Below are positions 1 to 9,310 of a DNA stretch of 64,000 nucleotides, piece after piece (position 1 is the first letter of the stretch; each line of letters starts with the position of its first letter). The translations under genes were made by a program, and so were the position numbers. Source of the stretch: Nitrospirota bacterium (GTDB lineage Bacteria; Nitrospirota; Thermodesulfovibrionia; Thermodesulfovibrionales; Dissulfurispiraceae); the NCBI GenBank assembly GCA_040754455.1, contig JBFMCP010000004.1:1-64000 (forward strand), given 5' to 3'. The notes below the pieces were generated by a model. That model was not told the DNA's origin. It saw nothing but the letters and a program-made list of their open reading frames with translations, and did not search any database.

Positions 1-575
1 GTGAGATACGAGCCGCCCTTGGAGACGAGACCGCCGTAGCGGTACCCCTGCTTCTTGAGACGTTCGATGGTCATGAGGTTGATGCCGCAGTGGATCGCCA
101 TGAAGGCTACACCTTCCTCGCACTGTGCTTCCATAACATCCCAGAGCAGCTCTTCGGGCATTTTTACTGCGCCGCCGTATTTCTCGATGGCAATAGCAAA
201 GGCTTCATAGAGCGGCACGGTGCCGATGGGGAGGGTGATGGCATCCATCACTGCTCTTCTGATACCGCCGATATCGCCGCCGACGCTCAGGTCCATGAGC
301 GAATCGGCATGATACTGCTCAGCAACCTTTGCCTTTTCGATTTCCATGGCAATATCCGAAATATCGGTGGAGGTGCCGATGGAAGCGTTGATCTTTGTTC
401 TTAATCCCTTGCCGATACCGACGACTTTGCTCGTTCTGTTTTTATTTGCCGGTATGACAATCTTCCCCGCCGCAACCCTGCGCCGTACGACTTCGACATC
501 CTGACCTTCATCCGCTGCTACCTTCTGAATCTCCGGGGTGACTTCTCCCCTCTTTGCTCTTTCCAACTGTGTCAT
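1..575 (-). CDS. bzaF: ThiC-family radical SAM protein, probably 5-hydroxybenzimidazole synthase (BzaF/BzaB-like); runs off the window
   Basis: Not in ORF track. Manual translation from ATG at 575 (GGAGG RBS at 580-584): MTQLERAKRGEVTPE...RTKINASIGTS...MDLSVGGD...IGTVPLYEAF...FMAIHCG...KQGYRYGGLVSKGG. Last visible gene of a cobalamin operon. Confidence 0.75.
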   Translation of the reverse strand, partial: MTQLERAKRGEVTPEIQKVAADEGQDVEVVRRRVAAGKIVIPANKNRTSKVVGIGKGLRTKINASIGTSTDISDIAMEIEKAKVAEQYHADSLMDLSVGGDIGGIRRAVMDAITLPIGTVPLYEAFAIAIEKYGGAVKMPEELLWDVMEAQCEEGVAFMAIHCGINLMTIERLKKQGYRYGGLVSKGGSYL

Positions 576-622
576 GAGACCTCCTTTATTGTGAAAAAGA
601 ATCTAAAATGAGTAAGCGGAAA

Positions 623-1861
623 TCAAAAGTGCTTACTGTCGGCTGCAAGTAGTACATACAAAAGGCTATCTATCTCATCGATGAGCTTCTTGAACAATCC
701 TCCATAGCTTTTGGAATTTGCAAAGAGCTCTGTCCTGATCTTCTGGATTTCGGGGTCATCGCACTTTTCATAGGTAATATGTCCGTTCTGCAGTGCCTGC
801 CGCTCTAAAATGAGGAGCTTTTTCGCACTGCCAACGAAGGGTATGAATAGCTTCTCAATACGTGATGCGTGATCGGTAATAAGTGAAGAATGTACTGCAT
901 TGTTATATTTCAGTAGTCCACTGATTCTTTTGATAAGAATGAATAAAGAGCAATATTCGAGTCCCCGTATGCCTCTGCGCCACTGCAGGAGCAGGGGGTT
1001 CCGCCAGAACCAGAGAAAGTTGCGTGTACCGAGGACGATCAGCTCGTCAATCAATGCCTCCATTTCTGAAATGAGCTCGGATGCGCCATCAGCATGGAAG
1101 TACGGAAGCACGGAGGTGCGGAAGTCCCCTTCAATAGACACATGCCCGGCAAGATAGCTCCATAGATTTTTGAGAACAGTTGCTCCGTTTGCATCATCAG
1201 GAGTATCGAAGTGAATGAGCGAAAGGAGCACCTTGCCCTTACCGTAGCTGCCTTCAACGACAGCGGGATCGTTGATAAGGCGTTTCGGATCGAGATTGAT
1301 CCCGTAGATTTTTTCCAGCTCTTGCCAGCTGCGGGTCGACTCAACGTCAGCCACGTTCAGGTCGGAGCTGAAGGCGTCCGGCATTGCCTGCGCGTAAGTG
1401 GCGAGCACGTTTATTGAGCTGTCAATAGCAAACTGGGACGGCCACCAGGCATAAAAGACAGGCTCTGCAATTCCTTGCCATAAAGGATGAGCGGACAGGT
1501 TGAGCTTTATCTTTCCGCTGAAGCTCGGCACCCGCTCTCTCGTCGGCTTTCTCTTTATCGGCAGCAGGCCTATGCCGTCGAGCGTAGCGAGCCCGGCACC
1601 GCCGCAGAATCCGAGATAGTTACCGCCATTGTGGATGAACTGTTTAATTGCCTCGACTCCTTCATCACCGAGTGACTTCATTTTATTTGATGCCCATCCT
1701 CCTGGCACAAAAAGCAGGGTGTATCCCTGCAGCTTGCCCGCCCTGATATCCTCCGAACGAATCAGATCAAAGGGAAGATTATGAGCCAATAACGCTTCGT
1801 AAGCCATAACCCCCCACAGATATGATTCATCCCACAACAAAGCAACTCTATTCATAGTCAT
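623..1861 (-). CDS. BPL_N / class I glutamine-amidotransferase-like domain protein, function unknown
   Basis: LLFVPGG...GGNYLGFCGGAG nucleophile-elbow motif; long helical C-terminal half. Confidence 0.75.
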   Translation of the reverse strand: MTMNRVALLWDESYLWGVMAYEALLAHNLPFDLIRSEDIRAGKLQGYTLLFVPGGWASNKMKSLGDEGVEAIKQFIHNGGNYLGFCGGAGLATLDGIGLLPIKRKPTRERVPSFSGKIKLNLSAHPLWQGIAEPVFYAWWPSQFAIDSSINVLATYAQAMPDAFSSDLNVADVESTRSWQELEKIYGINLDPKRLINDPAVVEGSYGKGKVLLSLIHFDTPDDANGATVLKNLWSYLAGHVSIEGDFRTSVLPYFHADGASELISEMEALIDELIVLGTRNFLWFWRNPLLLQWRRGIRGLEYCSLFILIKRISGLLKYNNAVHSSLITDHASRIEKLFIPFVGSAKKLLILERQALQNGHITYEKCDDPEIQKIRTELFANSKSYGGLFKKLIDEIDSLLYVLLAADSKHF

Positions 1862-1968
1862 ATAAAGAGAGCTTTACTCCTTTGCAAAAGTAGGGAAAAA
1901 CATCGGCTGCATAAGTCCTCAGCTCAAAGTACGAAATTCTAAAATGTTTCTGATTTCGTGTTTCGAAT

Positions 1969-3882
1969 TTAGTATTTTCCTTTTTGCTCATAGCCTCGTG
2001 GTGTAATCATTAAATTGTTCCAGGTGGAGGTCTTTGAGTTCCCGATGATAACGGTCGTCTGCATATCGATATCGTGATCGAGCATATGCTCGAGATCAGT
2101 GATAACGACAGCTTCGTTCTCCCTCATCGCCCCTTTGACGATGCCCACCGGCGTCTCGGGTTTTCTGTATTTCATGATGATTTCGTGTGCCCGGTTGATA
2201 TGCTCCACTCTGCCTCTGCTCTTTGGATTGTAGAGCGCAATGACGAAGTCAGCCATTGCTGCTGCTTCAAGGCGCCTTTCGATAACGTCCCACGGTGTCA
2301 GCCGATCAGAGAGACTTATGGAGGCAAAGTCATGCATGAGGGGAGCGCCGAGCCGTGATGCACAGGCATTCAGGGCGGAAATGCCGGGAATGACCTCGAC
2401 GGACAGTTGACAGGTGATAGCTGATTGCGGGCGGCTTTTAAGGAGCTCAAACACCAGTCCTGCCATCGCATAGATGCCGGGGTCGCCGCCGCTGATGACG
2501 GCAACGGTTTTACCGCTCTCAGCGAGCTCAACTGCCGCTTTGCACCGGTCCACCTCCTGGGTCATGCCGGTGGAGACGACTTCTTTGTCTTTGATAAGTT
2601 CCTGTATCAGATCCAGATAGGTGCCGTACCCGACAATAACATCTGATTTCCTGATCGCATCCTGAGCGTAAGGAGTAATATGCTCGATGCTCCCCGGTCC
2701 GGTGCCGACAATGTAAATCTTTTCATGATGATCCGGTGAATCGGTGCATGGGTGAATCGGTGAAGCTGAACTTTCTTGTCGCTCCGATTCTTTCCCTTCC
2801 CACTTCTCCTTGTCCTTATGATTGATAAGTTCCGCAACTGCTATGGTCACATTACCCGCTTTCTGTTTCGAGATGAGAAGCGTATCAGCTCCGGCCGCCA
2901 GCAGCGCAGCCGGTTCGGCAACCGCATAGGCGCCTGTTGCCTTGAATACTGTTTCCGACGGTGCTATGCCGTTCACCTTGTTCAGATCATCAGGAGCAAA
3001 GATGACGATCTCGTAGCCGTATTTTTTTGCGAAATCAATGAGCCCCGGCTCCTTCGACTTCAGGTCGATAGTGGCAAGACGCTCTATGGACAGGAGCGAG
3101 AGATTATGTCCATGCAGTATGTTCTTTACCGTCTCTTCAATCTCCTGTGCTGAAGTGCCGCTGTTGCAGCCGATGCCGAGCACGAGGTTTTTGGGCCTGA
3201 GATAGAGTTGACCCTTAACCCGGCACGCGTGTGCCGGGCATCGAGGCTCTGAAGGAGGGAGGGATGTACGATACACATCCCTCTTATTGGTAATAACAAT
3301 ATCGGCAAACGGGGGATCAGCTACCCTCAAGAACTGATCGGGCAAGGTGAGGTCGAGCTCTGAATATACACGTAATGCCCCGTTGTTAATAAAGCGCGTT
3401 CCGATGTGTGGAACAAGCGTCCAGTCCTCAATGGCGAGCGCGTTCTCCTGTGCCCATAGATCAATCGAGGGGAGATGATTGATGTCGGAGGCGGTGGTAA
3501 TGACTGCCTCGCCGCCGAGGAACTCCGCTATCTGCCGTGCCCGCTCATTCGCGCCGCCGATATGCCCGCTCAAAAGACTGATGGAGAATTTTCCTCTTTC
3601 ATCGATAACAACCACCGCGGGATCAAGCTTTTTGTCTTTGATCAAGGGCGCGATAGTGCGCACCACAATCCCTGCTGCCATGATGAAAATGAGTGTCGTA
3701 CATTCATTCCAGAGGGCGGGGAGACTGTCTGCTCCAAACTTTTCAATGCGGGCGCGCGGATAGCGTCCTCTAAGCTTTTGGGCAAGTGCCCGTCCGTTAT
3801 CGGTTATATAAAAAATGACTGTGCTGTCTTGTCTGTCTTCGTGCATCCTGCTCCTGGTTTCCGATTTATTTGCGATATCCAT
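1969..3882 (-). CDS. cbiG/cbiH: CbiG-CbiH fusion (cobalt-precorrin-5A hydrolase + precorrin-3B C17 methyltransferase)
   Basis: N-part GIVVRTIAPLIKDKKLDPAVVVID, LSGHIGGAN, ITTASD, GIGC, VAEPAAL; C-part VGTGPG, ISGGDPGIYAMAG, HDFASISLSDRLTPW, TPRGY. Confidence 0.93.
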   Translation of the reverse strand: MDIANKSETRSRMHEDRQDSTVIFYITDNGRALAQKLRGRYPRARIEKFGADSLPALWNECTTLIFIMAAGIVVRTIAPLIKDKKLDPAVVVIDERGKFSISLLSGHIGGANERARQIAEFLGGEAVITTASDINHLPSIDLWAQENALAIEDWTLVPHIGTRFINNGALRVYSELDLTLPDQFLRVADPPFADIVITNKRDVYRTSLPPSEPRCPAHACRVKGQLYLRPKNLVLGIGCNSGTSAQEIEETVKNILHGHNLSLLSIERLATIDLKSKEPGLIDFAKKYGYEIVIFAPDDLNKVNGIAPSETVFKATGAYAVAEPAALLAAGADTLLISKQKAGNVTIAVAELINHKDKEKWEGKESERQESSASPIHPCTDSPDHHEKIYIVGTGPGSIEHITPYAQDAIRKSDVIVGYGTYLDLIQELIKDKEVVSTGMTQEVDRCKAAVELAESGKTVAVISGGDPGIYAMAGLVFELLKSRPQSAITCQLSVEVIPGISALNACASRLGAPLMHDFASISLSDRLTPWDVIERRLEAAAMADFVIALYNPKSRGRVEHINRAHEIIMKYRKPETPVGIVKGAMRENEAVVITDLEHMLDHDIDMQTTVIIGNSKTSTWNNLMITPRGYEQKGKY

Positions 3883-4621
3883 GTTTGAAATCCTTGTCGT
3901 ACAGCTTCGATTCTTTGCCTAAAGATAGCTCCGAGGCCTTGAGAGACTCGCCGACATATATGAGGGCGGTCTTTTTGATGCCCTTCTGCTCTACTATATC
4001 TGCAATATTCTTGAGCGCGCCCCGGACAATCTTTTGCCCGGGCCATGAAGCTTTCTCGATAACGACGACCGGGGTGTCTTCGGGATATCCCTGCAGCAAC
4101 TCGTCTCTGACCTTGGCGATCATGCCGACGCTCAGAAAGATCACCAGCGTTGCCCTATGCTTTGCCAGGTCGCTCAGCCGTTCGGATTCAGGAACAGGGG
4201 TCCTCCCCTCAAGCCTCGTGAATATGACGGTCTGGCTTATTTCGGGTATCGTGAGCTCCTGTCCGAGCACCGCAGCCCCTGCCATTGCCGAGGAGACGCC
4301 CGGGATGACCTCATATTCGATATACAGCTCTCTGAGCTTCTCGATCTGCTCGGAGATTGCACTGTAGAAGGCGGTATCCCCGGTATGGAGTCGCACAACG
4401 GTTTTTCCCTCTGCTATCGCATGTCTCATGACATCGATGGTTTCCTCAAGGGTCATGGAAGCGGAGTTGTGGATTTCCGCCTTGATTCCCTTAAGAAGCT
4501 CGGGATTTACGAGGCTTCCGGCATAGATGACCACGTCAGCCTGATCGAGCAGACGTCTGCCCTTGAGCGTAATGAGCTCCGGATCGCCCGGGCCGGCGCC
4601 GATGAAGTAGACTTTACTCAT
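3866..4621 (-). CDS. cbiF: cobalt-precorrin-4 C11-methyltransferase
   Basis: VYFIGAGPGDPELITLKG, YAGSLVN, RLHTGD, ELTIPEISQTVI. Confidence 0.95.
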   Translation of the reverse strand: MSKVYFIGAGPGDPELITLKGRRLLDQADVVIYAGSLVNPELLKGIKAEIHNSASMTLEETIDVMRHAIAEGKTVVRLHTGDTAFYSAISEQIEKLRELYIEYEVIPGVSSAMAGAAVLGQELTIPEISQTVIFTRLEGRTPVPESERLSDLAKHRATLVIFLSVGMIAKVRDELLQGYPEDTPVVVIEKASWPGQKIVRGALKNIADIVEQKGIKKTALIYVGESLKASELSLGKESKLYDKDFKHGYRK

Positions 4622-5411
4622 GAGTTGCTCCTTGTATCCTCTGGTGTATGTAGTCGAGCAGAAAGGCGGTCATGTTTTTGATCTCCTCTGTCTGGGGTAG
4701 CGTGGCCGCAACCCGCTTCAGGTAATCGTGCTCGACCATGATTTTGAAAGAGGAGGTGAAATTCAGATCGAATACCCAGGCCATTTTCGCCATCTTGAAA
4801 TCGGTGAGCGTCCGGAGCATGGTGAGGGGCACCAGCTGTCTTTTTAGAATAGTTGCGACGATCTCTTTTGAATATTCAGGACTGTCGGGCAGGCCGAGCC
4901 CGGCAACAGAAGCCCTCTCTTCTTCGGGAGCATCGTAATATTCGAAAAACACCCGCCAGATATCGAGCTTGTCCGCGTCACGTACCAGCTTCAAAAGCAG
5001 CACCGCAAAGGGATCTGCTATATCGGGTATTCGGTAGGTATTATGGAATTTGACCACAGTGATGACGACCTGCTGTTCCTCTTCAGGCAGTCTTTTCAGG
5101 ACCTGCCGCTCCTCGAGGACTTTTGCACCCAGCTCCCCATGGTTTACCGAGGCGCTGTCCCTGAAGGTCCTGTACTGTGCATACTGAGGAAATCTTCCCA
5201 CATCGTGGAAGAGGCCAGCGGTTTCGGCCAGCAAGAGCTCGTTGTCATTGAGCGCCTGCCCCTGTGCAAGCCTGACGATGTTGCTGCAAACGTGGGCGGT
5301 ATGCTGTTCTTTGAGAACGATATTCTTCTGATCCTCCTTATTGGAGGAGTAAAATGACGCGCAGTAATCACTGAACCACTGTCTGAAAAACGAGAGATCG
5401 CCCCGTTTCAT
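4614..5411 (-). CDS. HD-domain metal-dependent phosphohydrolase
   Basis: H...FHDVGRFPQY...NHG...HN...RDADKLD; overlaps both neighbouring genes. Confidence 0.85.
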   Translation of the reverse strand: MKRGDLSFFRQWFSDYCASFYSSNKEDQKNIVLKEQHTAHVCSNIVRLAQGQALNDNELLLAETAGLFHDVGRFPQYAQYRTFRDSASVNHGELGAKVLEERQVLKRLPEEEQQVVITVVKFHNTYRIPDIADPFAVLLLKLVRDADKLDIWRVFFEYYDAPEEERASVAGLGLPDSPEYSKEIVATILKRQLVPLTMLRTLTDFKMAKMAWVFDLNFTSSFKIMVEHDYLKRVAATLPQTEEIKNMTAFLLDYIHQRIQGATHE

Positions 5412-6172
5412 TTTTTTACAATCACCGTCGAAAAGTAGTTGAGCTCTTTTCCCCTAAGGCTTTGTATGTCCTCAATGACCTGTTCGTCTTCCATGCCCGC
5501 CCGTGAGATGTAGGTGGCTTTCATGGTGAGGTGCATCTCATCGAGAAGAGCGAGGACTTTGTCAAAGACCTTATGCACCTTCATGAGGACGACGGTATCG
5601 AACCGTTCGAGCACGTCTTTCAAATCATCAGTGCTGTAGGTCGCTGGAAGAACGGCGACCCGTTCATCAGCAAGGCCCAGGGATATCCCGGCCCTCGCGG
5701 CTGATGCGGTGATGGATGATATGCCGGGAACGAACTCGATACGCAGCTCCGGATTCAGATCGATGAGCCGATCGTGCAGGTAAAAGAAGGTGCTGTAGAT
5801 TGTCGGGTCGCCGATGGTAATAAAGGCCATATCCGTTCCCTTATTGAGAATGCCCGATACCGTTTTCACTGTCTCATTCCATTTCATATCCAATCCGGAA
5901 TGATCAGAGCCAGGATCGTTTTTCTCTGTGCTCTCTGCCCTGTGCTCTGCGCTCTGATGTCTGGTCTTTCTCATGGGGAAATAGGCCTCGATGATTTCCT
6001 TGCCATCCAGATCGATAGCCTTCTTTACAATGGAAAGGGCGAGGCTGCTTCCCTCCTCTTTCCCCTTGGGAACGCAGACGCACGGAACGGTTTTGAGAAT
6101 CCGCACCGCTTTAAGGGTAAGGAGCTCGGGGTCACCCGGGCCGACACCTATGACGTAAAGAGTTCCTGCCAT
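5408..6172 (-). CDS. cbiL: cobalt-precorrin-2 C20-methyltransferase
   Basis: GVGPGDPELLTLKA, ITIGDPTIYSTF, VPGISS, VLMKV. Confidence 0.93.
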   Translation of the reverse strand: MAGTLYVIGVGPGDPELLTLKAVRILKTVPCVCVPKGKEEGSSLALSIVKKAIDLDGKEIIEAYFPMRKTRHQSAEHRAESTEKNDPGSDHSGLDMKWNETVKTVSGILNKGTDMAFITIGDPTIYSTFFYLHDRLIDLNPELRIEFVPGISSITASAARAGISLGLADERVAVLPATYSTDDLKDVLERFDTVVLMKVHKVFDKVLALLDEMHLTMKATYISRAGMEDEQVIEDIQSLRGKELNYFSTVIVKK

Positions 6173-6215
6173 ATGTTATTGAACCCTCTCGTAATGTATT
6201 TTGTTCTGATCGAAT

Positions 6216-7610
6216 TCAGTGTCCTTGTGCGGCGCCGGCTGCTCGGGTGGATAGTCCAGAGGCATGATATCGAGCATGCCGTTCTCCTCGTATCACAAAG
6301 ACGGGATTCAACGGTGAAAAATAATTACCCGTGCCGATTTCTTTCATCCTCGATATCGAGACCTGGGTAACGTCAATCTGAAAGCCGGCGCTTTCGAGCT
6401 TGCCGATTGCCTCACGCAGTGTTTCAAGTGTCGCTGCATTGATCACTACAATGCCTGAATGCATAGCGGCTGCTAGAGTGTCGACAATCCCTGTAAGCTG
6501 TCCGGCACTGCCGCCGATGAATACCCTGTCGGGAGCAGGGAGATCTTGCACCGCACCGGGTGCGGTCCCCTCTATAATCTCAAGATTCGGGACAGCGAAC
6601 TGTGCTTTATTGGTTTTGATATGCTCTATCTGCTCACTATTCTGCTCGACGGCAAAGACCTTGAGCCCCGGAAAGAGCCGCGCCGCCTCAATGGATACTG
6701 ATCCTGACCCCGCTCCGATATCCCACAGTACGCCATGGGAGGGAAGCTTCAATTTATGAATGGTTATCGCCCTTACTTCGTCCTTTGTTATGAGCCCCCT
6801 TGAGTGGTTTATCCGATTCTCTGTCAATCCGAACCTGATGTCCGGCTTCCGGCTTCCCGAAACGGCGCTACACGAAGACTCGCTCCGGCCGGCTTCCCGA
6901 TACGGGCCTTCGCTGAGGGTCGCTCCGGCCGGCTTCTGGATTATGATGACCACATTCGGCTCAGAGAAGGTCATCCCCGCAATTTCACCGGGGGTTCCTT
7001 CAGTGATCCGCTCGTCGGGATAGCCGAGCTTTTCACCGACATGCATCTTAATTTCAGATTGCTGATCGCTGATTGCTGATGCAAGAAATCCCGCTATAAC
7101 TGAAGGGTTATTTTCTTTATCAGTAAGGATCGCGAGTTTATTGTAGTGCTGAAGCAAAGAGGGGATATCGTCGATGGTATAGGGCAGCCGCCTTCTCTTG
7201 ACAGGGTCAGGTCCGCCGTGAAGGCTCATGAGGAACGCATCATCCCAGGCTTCCTTTATCCTCGCAAAGGCGATCTGGATGCTCGACAGTTCCGGGATTA
7301 TTTCGACGGCATCTTTCCCGAACTCCTTGACGGCTCTTCTGCCGATGCCGAAAAACATCGGATCGCCGGACGCGAGGAGAACTACCTTCTCGGTCTTATA
7401 ATGCTGATGAATGAACGCAATGGTTTCATCAACGTTATTGATCTCTCTGATGCGGGCTCTTGCCGCATCAAACTCTTCGTAACGCATGAAGACCTCGAGG
7501 AGCCTTCTGGACACGAGAATGCTGTCGGCCTTGAGAACGATCGCACGCGCCTTCTCATTGAGCGGCTTGTAGCCGATGCCTATGACATATAGTTTACTCG
7601 CTGCTTCCAA
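6216..7610 (-). CDS. cbiET: bifunctional precorrin-6Y C5,15-methyltransferase CbiE/CbiT
   Basis: LASGDPMFFGIG, ITKDEVRA, WDIGAGSGSVSIE, PDRVFIGGS; probable TTG start at 7610 after AAGGAG (ORF-track start lies inside cbiD). Confidence 0.9.
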   Translation of the reverse strand: MEAASKLYVIGIGYKPLNEKARAIVLKADSILVSRRLLEVFMRYEEFDAARARIREINNVDETIAFIHQHYKTEKVVLLASGDPMFFGIGRRAVKEFGKDAVEIIPELSSIQIAFARIKEAWDDAFLMSLHGGPDPVKRRRLPYTIDDIPSLLQHYNKLAILTDKENNPSVIAGFLASAISDQQSEIKMHVGEKLGYPDERITEGTPGEIAGMTFSEPNVVIIIQKPAGATLSEGPYREAGRSESSCSAVSGSRKPDIRFGLTENRINHSRGLITKDEVRAITIHKLKLPSHGVLWDIGAGSGSVSIEAARLFPGLKVFAVEQNSEQIEHIKTNKAQFAVPNLEIIEGTAPGAVQDLPAPDRVFIGGSAGQLTGIVDTLAAAMHSGIVVINAATLETLREAIGKLESAGFQIDVTQVSISRMKEIGTGNYFSPLNPVFVIRGERHARYHASGLSTRAAGAAQGH

Positions 7611-8754
7611 TGATAGCTCCTTCGTAAGAAACGAGACAGGTTGTAACCGGAATTCCGCCGGTGATCCCTTCGCTGTACCGCTGAGCGGCGGCGCACACCC
7701 CGGCAAAGATTTCGGATTTGTGTTTGCTGGGTGATGAGCTGACGAAATCAAAGATGTCCCGTGCCGTGTTGAACTCCTTTGCAGCACGGGACAGGCCTGT
7801 GTCCATCTTCGCCAGGAAAGCCAGGGCTTTTTTTATCTCCAGGGCCCCATGCCGTACATGCGTCTGGGGTGTTGCCATGGCGATTTTGATCATTTTCGCC
7901 CACTGGGCGGCGAGGTGGACTTGTTTGAAATCGTGCTTTTTGGCTTCGAGAAGCGAATATTCGAGATAGTCGCCCATCATGACATATGCCTCGTCAGGGA
8001 GATGATACTTTCTCATGTGCGCCCGTTCGGAGGCCCTGCCGGCGGAAAGCACAACTATTTCGCTCCCCGAAGCTTTCGCTACATCCATAGAGGCGGTAAT
8101 CGTTGCGGTCCACGCCTCGGAAGAGACGGGACGTACTATGCCCGTCGTACCGAGTATGGAGATACCGCCGATGATGCCCAGTCGTTCATTCAACGTCTTC
8201 TTCGCCAATTTCTCTCCTTTAGGAACGGAGATGGTCACTTCGATGTCCAGTGCGGAAGCGCGGAAGCCCGGAAACCCGGAAACCTCGGATAACGCCTCTT
8301 TGATTGCCGCTTCGATCATTCTCTTCGGGACAGGATTTATTGCAGGTTCTCCGACAGCTACGGACAACCCGGGTTTGGTAACCGTGCCAACGCCTTTGCC
8401 GCCCTTAATGAGAAGCGACGGTGCATTGAGAAGAACTCTCCGTTTCTCCGGTCCATGCAAAAATGTTGCTGTTGCAACGATCTCGGCTCCGTTTGTCACA
8501 TCGGGATCATCTCCCGCGTCTTTTATTACCGATGCCCATGCCGAGGGTCCGTCGGACCCGGATCCTGAATCGTGAATTGCGAACCTCACCCTACCGCCGT
8601 CAGGAAAAGGAATCTCTACATCCGTGATGAGTGAGTTGTCGTTACTCATCGTGCATAACGCCTTGCGCATTACAAGTAATGTCGCTGCCTTAGCCGCTGC
8701 TGCAGCACAGGCGCCGGTGGTGTATCCAGAACGGAGCGCTTTCTTTCTTAGCAT
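7594..8754 (-). CDS. cbiD: cobalt-precorrin-5B C1-methyltransferase
   Basis: LRSGYTTGACAAAAAKAA, KDAGDDPDVTNG, GEPAINPVP, GISILGTTGIVRP. Confidence 0.96.
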   Translation of the reverse strand: MLRKKALRSGYTTGACAAAAAKAATLLVMRKALCTMSNDNSLITDVEIPFPDGGRVRFAIHDSGSGSDGPSAWASVIKDAGDDPDVTNGAEIVATATFLHGPEKRRVLLNAPSLLIKGGKGVGTVTKPGLSVAVGEPAINPVPKRMIEAAIKEALSEVSGFPGFRASALDIEVTISVPKGEKLAKKTLNERLGIIGGISILGTTGIVRPVSSEAWTATITASMDVAKASGSEIVVLSAGRASERAHMRKYHLPDEAYVMMGDYLEYSLLEAKKHDFKQVHLAAQWAKMIKIAMATPQTHVRHGALEIKKALAFLAKMDTGLSRAAKEFNTARDIFDFVSSSPSKHKSEIFAGVCAAAQRYSEGITGGIPVTTCLVSYEGAIIGSSE

Positions 8755-9266
8755 TCTATGCCGATCCTTGCCTTCACGCCTTTATCATAGTAGTGTTTGA
8801 TCTCCCTCATCTCGGTAACGAGATCCGCCTTGTGCATAATCCGTTCATCGGCATATCTGCCGGTAAGGACCAGTTCCACAGGAGTAGGCTTCTGTTCCAG
8901 GAGGTCGAGAACGTCGTCGACCTCCAAAAGACCATAATGGAGCGCAACGTTGATCTCATCGAGAATCACCAGATCGTATTTCCCTGAAGTGATGATCCCT
9001 GTCACCTCGGCAAGGCCCTTTCGCGCTGCGGCGAGCGCTGCCTTTGAAGGCTTGTTCCCGCGCAAAAAGCCGGTACCGTATTGCTTGACCGTGATATGCT
9101 TGCCGAGCTTTTCGAGGATCTTATGCTCGCTGCAGCGTTTCATCTTGACGAATTGCGCGATGTATATTTTTAGCCCTGCACCGGCTGCCCTGATGGCAAG
9201 TCCCAGTGCCGCCGTGGTCTTCCCCTTGCTGTTTCCCGTATAGACCTGTATGTATCCTTTACGCAT
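8748..9266 (-). CDS. cobO: cob(I)yrinic acid a,c-diamide adenosyltransferase (CobO/BtuR type)
   Basis: VYTGNSKGKTTAALG, LDEINVAL, ELVLTGR, ADLVTEM. Confidence 0.93.
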   Translation of the reverse strand: MRKGYIQVYTGNSKGKTTAALGLAIRAAGAGLKIYIAQFVKMKRCSEHKILEKLGKHITVKQYGTGFLRGNKPSKAALAAARKGLAEVTGIITSGKYDLVILDEINVALHYGLLEVDDVLDLLEQKPTPVELVLTGRYADERIMHKADLVTEMREIKHYYDKGVKARIGIEC

Positions 9267-9310
9267 AACACGTAGGAAGTAAGAAGTAAGGAGTAAGAGA
9301 TGAGATGCTT

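Noticed and set aside
623..1861. Biotin-protein ligase call
   Set aside because: Only the BPL_N-like domain is visible; no ligase catalytic motifs seen
2730..2765. Short repeat arrays as CRISPR
   Set aside because: Units are 7-9 bp, contiguous, without spacers, and no cas genes are present
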